The notes under the pieces were generated by a model. That model had not been told where the DNA came from. It searched no databases and saw only the letters and a program-made list of their open reading frames with translations. Shown piece by piece: positions 55,499 through 64,000 of a DNA stretch of 64,000 nt. The stretch covers positions 13,268,001 through 13,332,000 of the forward strand of contig CM022669.1 in assembly GCA_012295275.1 (NCBI GenBank). Direction: 5' to 3'. The position numbers and the translations under genes are program-made. The DNA comes from Chrysomallon squamiferum (taxonomy: Eukaryota > Animalia > Mollusca). Numbering within the stretch: position 1 is the first letter of the stretch; the number at the start of each line of letters is the position of its first letter.

Positions 55499-57076
55499 AG
55501 AATAATTATGAATAGATCAAAGATTAGAAATTAAAATAGCTCATATTCATAGGTGTATTATTATTATTATTGATGTTAAATTTTAATCTTTATTTATTTG
55601 TGTTTATATTACGATGTAACTGAGAAAGAGGCATAGCACTGACATTTTTAACACAACTTTCCCTGTAATTTTGATAGTTACTAATTGATTTAAAGATTAA
55701 GTATAAGATTTAACAATTTTATTACTAGTTCAGTGAAGAGAGAAAATTCCACAAAAATTATAAAGATAATTTCTAAGTTTTTTAAAAAAAAATTTATTAT
55801 TATTTTTTTAAATGGCCATTTAAAAATTAATTAAGTTGTACTAGTCTGATTTGTATTTTATATACAGAAACTGGTGTTGGACACAAATGTGTTATTTAAT
55901 ATTTACAGTAACATCTATAAAACACAGAAGCACAAAAAAAAGGAAAAGCCATTATACCACATAATATTAACAATAAAGAAAATAAATATTTGTCTTTTAA
56001 AAAAACATCTCATATCTATAAAAACAAGACCTAATGGGATCTGTACAAGCCTACCCAACTGATCCATCATGTTTATGTGGAGTAAAAGATGGTTTCTGTG
56101 TATCCATAGATGTATATACTGTATAAACTTTATTCATTGGGAATTTGTAATCCATACTCCAATAAGATAAAAAGACATCACATATTTCATATATTCTTAA
56201 TGACCTTATTCATCGGTTTTTAATTTATTTATTTTTCTCAAATTTTAACAAGCTAATTTTGAAAGATACAATATTTTTCAAACTTTTACAGAACTATATA
56301 AAAATATTGTTGTCAATGAAATAATTATTATTAGAATTTTAAAATTATGTACATAATTATTTTTAAAACATTACTTATAGAAATTACAGGGATATATATA
56401 CATATATATTATATAAAATAATAATTTAAAAATAAGTGAAAAAGAATTTCTATGAAGTTTAAAAATACTATGAATATTTCGTTGCATTTAATCAACTGTT
56501 CAGTACATATATTTATTATAATTATTTAAACAATCCATTGAAGATACATGTAAATGTGGAAAAAACATGTCAAATAGTATATAATTTCAAATTACAAACA
56601 AAAAATATTACTTGTTCACTAATCAAGATCAAATTTATTTAGATTTTCAAAGATTTCTTGTGAGAATTTAGTGAAAAAAATTGATAGCAAGGTTCTTGTT
56701 AACCTTTAGTGCTGAATATATAAATTAAAACTTACAGATATATATATTGCCATTGTAAGTACCAAGTTCAGTTACAGTAAATTAAATATATATTTTTAAT
56801 AATATCTATATATATATTATATAGGAATCAACACTAGACTAAAATCAGTTATTAAGTTCTATATACAGATGTGTGCATTTTATATTTTTATGACAATAAA
56901 TCTATAAAGAAAATTCTAAAATATGGGTGCACTGTATAAATGAAATTATAACGGTAACCAAAAAAACAAAAAAAAAAATTAAGTAAAGAACAATAATTTG
57001 ATCTAGCCAGTTGAAATGGTTTCACTGTGGCACAAGCTAAAGCCCAGACTTGTTCATCCTTCTACTGTCTTTATTG

Positions 57077-58296
57077 TTAGACTCTAAGTCCATCCCTCTG
57101 GGCATCAGTCAGGGTCTCATACCGCACCTCTTTTGATCGACAAAGCAGAACACAGACACTAAGCAGACCGAGTATCTGAATAAAAGAATGAAAATGTATG
57201 TAAAATTCTGTCATTATCCGATATCTATTTCAGTTACTAAAAGATAATGAGATTGTTTTTTGTAGCTAGAATAATTAAAAAAGTGGAGGAGATTGATTCT
57301 TTTCACAATAGGTCTCAGATGTAATTAATTAAAAAAAAAAAGTAAATAAATAAATAAATAAATAAAAATCAGTTGGAGGGGAGGTATAAACAAATGGTAT
57401 AAATAGAGTTCATACATATAATAAGGAAGGAATGGAATTTTAATATCTACCTGTATAACAGCAAAAGCAATGGAGACTCCAGCTATGTAAATCAGGTTGT
57501 TCAGAAATTTGTCTTTCAGTGAATCCAGACATCCCTAAATAAAACAAAAATAAATAACACTCATTTAATTATTAATCACAGAAACAGGTATGTCACTAAT
57601 AGCCGTACATTTTCAGACAAGAAAAACAAAAACAAAAGAACAGAACTAACACCAAATAAAATGCATGACATAAAATTTACTAATTTTATTCCTGTTAAAT
57701 TTTCTGAGTTAAAAATTCACATAAACCCTGTTTAATTTTTACATTTTTAATTTTTCCAAAGTTCTTTATTCTTAAATATTTTCATTACATATACTGGGTT
57801 ATGGGTTCAAGCAAGGATAACACCTTACTTCTTTAGACAAAATGAAAACTGAATGGTCTTATTCATGGGGTAGCAGTCCTTTTCCTACACACTAAGTTAA
57901 TAAGTTAAATCTCTCCCAAAACTATTATCACAAAAATACATGCTTATCAAATCTTTCTGTATTCATACAACCGTCTATATTACTAAAAATTAAAAAAAAC
58001 CCACAATCATGCATAACTAATGTGTATGCTATTAGAAATAACGTTTCTACAGACCTCAATGTTGATGTCGTGGTTGCTGTCACTGAGAAACCTGTTGCAG
58101 TAGGTAAGATTTGACTGATTTATGCAGCAGCTCTGGGGAACTTGGTGAGTGAGATGACCGGACCACACCTTCACTTTTAGCCAATCACTGGCATTGTTTA
58201 CTCCACAGCAGTGGAGCTGAAATGAAAAATAAAAGCATATGTTACATGTGGTTAACAGTGTTAAAAAAATAAACCTCTCTCGTTGTCTCGATCTCT

Positions 58297-58340
<44 letters not shown>

Positions 58341-60383
58341 CGCAGAAGCATGCACACATATCAGTATTTATCCTGTTCACAAGTTTAGCTAATTTCTTGT
58401 TCTAAACTTCACAGAATAGTTGGATATAAACTACTTATTAATATATACATACTCATACATATATGCATATGTATATATGTGTGTTTGTGTTATAATTATT
58501 ATAATAAACATATATTTTAATTTAATTCCATTTTGAAACAGAACTGCAAACAGGAACAACCAATATGTAATGATCTTTATTCATGATATAAATATTTTAC
58601 AAACCAGCATTATTTTACTGAACATATAAATATTCTGGACTTACTTTTCTGAAACAAAACTATATATATAGATAGATAGATAGATATAGAAAGAGAGATA
58701 AAAGGATGGATATAGATAGAGATATATAAAGATATCAAATTACATTACCTCTTCCTGCACAAAATCAATCTGGTGCTCATATGCGGATTCATTGTAATGG
58801 TGCATTGCTTTCCACATATTATCAGAAACAGTTTCCTTTACCTGAAAATTTTATAACAATGAATATACAATGACGTAATTATATGACAAAGTATAAATCT
58901 ATGTAACCAAAAATTATTTTCTTTTTATTAAAGAAAAATAATTAAAGAGAGATAATTTTAATTTTCATCTGAGCAAACTGATGCAAATAGCCATGTTTGT
59001 TTGTTGTTGTTTTGTTTTTCAAAAGTTATTTTAAACTCACATCATCTCTGTACAGATATCCCATGATCCCTCCAACCACCTCTCCAAGGAACACCACCAG
59101 AATAAGTGAAAAGAACTGAAATTGAAGTATACAATATTATAAAACTTTTAGAAATTAACTGTTCACTGAAAAAAATATGCAGAAATTAAAACTAAATAAA
59201 ATTATACAAAATATTTTATAATTCTCAATTAAAGTATTGTATATAAAATACACAGATCAAGAGGATGACTGTTTTTTATTTAAATCCTATATGAAAGAAG
59301 AAAGAAAAATAATAATAAAAGAAACTTTAGTTGTTATTTAAAATAAAACTAAAAAGAAAGAAAGAAAGATAGAAAAAATAAAATACCAAAAATAACAAAA
59401 CAAGAAGTTACTTACAGTAGCCAACAGGCATTTGTTCTCCTTGCACGCTGCAATACAACCGAGCAGACCAACTACAAACATGAAAACCCCAGCTGCAATG
59501 ATGATGCTGGCTGGCAGCAATGTAAGGGTGGCATCGGTCAGCTCCTCAAAGTGACTGTATGTTGAATACACCCATGCTCCCACGAAACAAAGGCCAGCAG
59601 AGGCAGCCTAATGATGAGAATTAATAACCACTGATTTGAGAAATGTTGAAAAGAAATTAAAAAGCTTCTGTTAAGTATTATCAGTATCAGTAGCAAACAG
59701 TATTATATTTAGAAAATAAATTAATAAATAAATGAGTACGCTTGTAAATATATAAAATTCACTTGTCTTTATTCAGGATTGTTGTGAAACTGATTCGAGT
59801 TATGAGATATTCTGTTCATTTCCAACAAATGTCAGTTTTTCTTTGTGTTTTTTGTTTATTTTTTCAATATCTAGATATATTTCAAATTATAAACTATCAA
59901 CATTTTAAAACAATATTAATTCAGTTGATAAAAATGTCAAACTCTAGACAAAATTCAGTTATTTTATTTAAATTCTTTTTTTATTTTGTTCACTTTTCAT
60001 TAAAAAATGTTACACTCTGACTTATAAATGATACAGCAAGGCTGCTGAGCGTTGTGAAATAATAGTTCATCAGATGGAATATATTAAATTTAAAACAATA
60101 GCAAAACAATTTTGATATTCTCGCGACATTCTCATTCTGTCAGATCACTAATAATAAAATATCGTATGTCATTTAACTAATATCATTAGATGGCTTATTA
60201 TGTATCGACTATATTAATACGAAAGTCTGATGGTAACTCAATACCGTCAAACTTTCGGGCTACAACAGATCAATGTCACTGTCAACGGTTTCCAAGAAAA
60301 TCAATCTAAACGTCACTTACCCAGAACAATAAACTGACAATAAGAAGAAAGATTTTCGACGAGACAGCACATACACTAGTCAT
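57077..60383 (-). CDS. TSPAN3: Tetraspanin-3-like (255 aa)
   Basis: Seven phase-0 exons 60383-60321, 59607-59416, 59115-59041, 58841-58749, 58216-58055, 57534-57451, 57175-57077; MTSVCAVSSKIFLLIVSLLFW, GLLGCIAACKENKCLLAT, CCG and VPQSCC motifs, C-terminal YETL sorting motif. Confidence 0.88.
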
Positions 60384-60567
60384 CTTGGCTTGCTTATGTC
60401 AGTTGTAACAAACTCTGACAATCAGCAACAAATTACGCACCTCCAAATAAATGAAAACAAATCACGTCTTTATGCGTCAAAATATGGTCTCTCAAACAAT
60501 TTATGACTTCTGATTACTAACACTTCCGGGTTCAGTATGTACTTCCGGTTTGCAATATAGCACAATA

Positions 60568-60613
<46 letters not shown>

Positions 60614-61103
60614 GTAGTAGTAGTAGTAGTAGTTGTTGTTGTTGTTGTTGTTATTGTATTATATTAATTAATGACCTTACATTCATTTTTAGAAAAATAT
60701 CAAATTTATAAACAAATGATTCTCTGTATTTTTAAAGAAAACTTCAAGGAATTTGAAAAACACCTCTTTTTAATATCAGATATGTTAGGAATGAGCCTTT
60801 TTATTTATTTGTTATATTTTCTTTGACTTTTTTCTTCTTCTTTTTTTTTGGAACAGAAACTTGTGATTTATTTATTTATTTATTTTAATTTTCTTATTTA
60901 TTTATATAAAATATTTGTTAATTATCTACATTGTTTTAAAAATGATTACGATTTTTTGAAATGATAAAACATTTGTGATCTTCAATTTCATTACTAAATC
61001 GTAACACAAGAGAGTAATGTATTTAACTTTCAGGAATAAATAAATATGGGGCAAGATCGTTTTGCCTTTACCGGAAATGCGCATCGATTGCATCAAGGGC
61101 AAC
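60384..61103. promoter_or_regulatory. Bidirectional promoter region TSPAN3/TIMM44 with ETS (GABP-like) sites
   Basis: 720 bp between divergent ATGs; ACTTCCGG at 60522 and 60541, CCGGAAAT at 61071; (TAA)n/(TAG)n/(TTG)n tract in between. Confidence 0.6.
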
Positions 61104-63606
61104 ATGGCTTCCATGTGTCGATCGTTTGGAAGGTTGTACCGACAAACGGGAAAATGTCAGGTAATAAACAAACTTCTTGTGGACAGTAGTCCACAATATC
61201 TTATCTTTATGAAATTGATAAACAGTAAAATAACAACAAAAAAAACTGTAATTTTTATAATCGGTAGTAAATGGATAAGATATGTCGTTCTTAGCATGTT
61301 ATTAATATTGACATTATTGTTAGTTAAGAATCACGTTGCTGTATTTTATTAGTATTACGTAATAAAACTAGCCTTTAAGATTAAAATAAGTTAGGTACTT
61401 CTAATACATAATCACAGTGACATTAGGTGGTTAATAAAGGGAAATATAATTATTATTGTAAAAATATAAAATACTTTGAAATATTACAACCATCTAAAAT
61501 AATCTTTAACTTGCTTAAGAACTTAAGTTAATTATTAATAATAATAAAAATTAATATAAAATGATAATAATTCAGTAATTACTATAAACTGATAAAATGA
61601 CAAAATGTATAATAAACTATGACATAATTATGTTAATTTTACCATGATCGTTATTATTGATATTAATGCAAGTAAAGTAGTTTCCTTGGTAATACTAATA
61701 GGTTCTGTAATCACTAATCTGTGTCCAGTTTCACATATTAATTTATTATAATAAAATTAATTTAATCCTGCATAACTCCTAAATTGCTCTTATCAACTCT
61801 ATGTTTAAAAGACTATTAAATTTTAATCTTTACTTTTCATATTATTTTGTTACTGTTTTTAGAATAGTGACTAGGCTTTATGTTATAGAATTTATTTACC
61901 TTTCATGTTGAGTTCATTTGAACTGTTTTGTGAATTCACAGTAATAATGATTATAATCTCTCTACTAATAAAATCTTCGAAAGCTAATGGCTCAACTTAT
62001 ATGTTCTTATTTTTCAGATATTCTCAATTTCTTCAATTCAGAAGCTCTCAGGATGCCAGTGTTATCCTGCAGTGACATCTCACTTTGTACAGAACAGTGG
62101 ACAGCTCGACTTCAGGATAACCCAGGTGACAGATTAAACGAAATTTCTCTTACTTGTATTTTTAATCATTTTCTTCTTCTTCTTCTTCTTCTTCTTATTA
62201 TTATGTTATTTATTTATTTTATTTTTTATTATGTTATACTTCCATTTTAAAGTGAATTTATAATTTTCTAAACCAGAAAAAAAGTTAATTTCTGAGACAC
62301 ATAACCACAAAAAATATTTTTCTTATAATGTTTGTGAACCAACACTTTCAGTGTATATATAATTATATTGCATATGTATGGTTCAGGAAACATAAATTTT
62401 AAATTGAATCCTGAGAGAAAACTGAAATGAAAAGACAAAAATCCTGCAGATAATCTTATTATTGATTTGCTGCTGTTTTTAAATTTTTATTTTAATTTAT
62501 AATTAAAAATAATGTACTGATTTTTAAAATAAAATATTCAGAATCGATACATGTCCGATCGCAAGGGATTTTTCCAGACACTGGCAGACAACCTGAAACA
62601 AGAACTTGCTAAAAATAAGGAAATGAAGGTATTTAAATGCTTTTATATTATTTAAATTTTTTATCAAAAACACTGAATGACTATTAATTGTTTTACATTT
62701 GTAGTCAGTAGAATGATAACTGTTGAAGTAATGTATGAGATCATTATCTGTAAAGTAAAATTTTCTTTTTCTTTAGATCTGAAATTAATTTAGTTTTAGT
62801 CATCTTTTATAATTACCTATTGTATATAATTATATGTTGTTGTTATTTTGTTCTTTTTTTCTTTATAAAATGAAATGTATAATTTACCGTCTTACAACAG
62901 AAAATATATTATGCATGGAATCATTTTATATATGATTTCTATTTTTAATTTATTTTCAAGGAAAGTTTACAGAAATTCAAAGAAGAAACAGAAAAATTAG
63001 AACAGACCGAAGCTATACAGAAAGCCCGGCAGAAGTTTGTATGTACAAATAGTTATTTCACTGACATTTATTTGTTATGAAGTTGTGTTTTAAGTGTACT
63101 TTTGTGAGCACTATAATGTATGAAAATAGCCTATGTATTTTTTATTTGCATTATATTAATGACTTCATTTGTTGTTACTGATTAGTCATTCATAGTACTA
63201 ATGAAGTAACAAAAATTATATTGAGTAAATTAATATACGGTTTTTGCTTTAGAATTAAAATCTAGTTTTCTGATATATTTTTTTTTTGTTGGAGGACATT
63301 AAATACGTTTCAAATATATTTAATGTTTGTTTACATTTCCTCTGAACAGTACATATCAGTTTGGTTTGTTACGCATGAAAATAATATTTTATTTATTTAA
63401 ACATTTGTCCAGTAATATATAGTTCAAGAAAACGTTTGGAAACAAAATTTACAAATGAATCAAATGCTGTTTGCTTGTTTTTTCAAAACATGTTCTTTTT
63501 GTAATAATTAAAAATTAATTTTCAGCAAAACATCGAAAGTGAATCCATAAGAAGCACTCAGATGTTGAAGAAGCAATTCGGAGAACTCAAAGAGAAAGTT
63601 TCAGAG
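61104..63606 (+). CDS. TIMM44: Mitochondrial import inner membrane translocase subunit TIM44, 5' part; continues beyond window
   Basis: Exons 61104-61160, 62018-62125, 62542-62628, 62961-63038, 63526-63606, all phase 0; RKGFFQTLADNLKQELAKNKEMK|ESLQKFKEETEKLEQTEAIQKARQKF|QNIESESIRSTQMLKKQFGEL matches the TIM44 N-terminal domain. Confidence 0.92.
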
Positions 63607-64000
63607 GTAAGATTACTTGCTTGAATGATTTAAATTTTACAGCTCGGTAATTACTTTTTATTATCATTTTATTACAATTTGAGTTAATAATTAAAAAAAA
63701 CTAAAATCATATAGTATCTTTTGTTAATGTTATAGAATTTTTATTTAATTTTAAAACAGACACAAATTTTTGTCTTTTGTCTACATATTTAAAATGGACA
63801 TTATTAGGTGATTCTTTCCATTTTTGTTATAAAAATGTACAATAATATCATCAACATAATTAAAGGGCTTTATATATATATATTCCATATGATTGGAATC
63901 TTCAGAAATTCGTTTCATTCAGGAGAAAATTATGCTAATATCCTTAAAACCAGATTATTATTATTATTATGCTTTCATTCAGTAATCTATGGTACTTAAA

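Noticed and set aside
50800-57070. Search for tRNA, snoRNA or miRNA genes in the long convergent gap (also 25000-27400)
   Set aside because: No A/B boxes, convincing C/D pairs with terminal stems, or stable hairpins recognised by eye; covariance-model search would be needed

Overview
AT-rich, intron-rich animal (eukaryotic) genomic DNA, probably a mollusc (degenerate Meta-domain SINE fragments suggest a gastropod; organism is an inference). I reconstructed nine protein-coding genes by hand from GT-AG junctions and reading phase: the 5' part of HERC1 (33 coding exons in window, minus strand, runs off the left end), a C5orf63-like glutaredoxin, a MARCH2/3 RING-CH E3 ligase, an unrecognised 262-aa two-exon gene, CCDC122, an intronless carboxypeptidase Q, a single-coding-exon AT-hook/C2H2 zinc-finger gene, tetraspanin-3-like, and the 5' part of TIMM44. 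Eight of the nine genes form four head-to-head pairs. Most short ORFs in the track are microsatellite, antisense or intron read-through artefacts. Most notable: (i) at least five HERC1 introns carry tandem duplications of the 3' splice site, several with the start of the following exon, including one copy that differs from the real exon only at third codon positions and one configuration that could create a new intron; (ii) a 1-nt frameshift in an otherwise intact HERC1 exon; (iii) C5orf63-MARCH2/3 adjacency that mirrors human 5q23; (iv) an intronless CPQ (likely retrogene); (v) a 16-nt microexon needed to keep CCDC122 in frame. No prokaryotic-type system, CRISPR array, rRNA or tRNA gene was seen.
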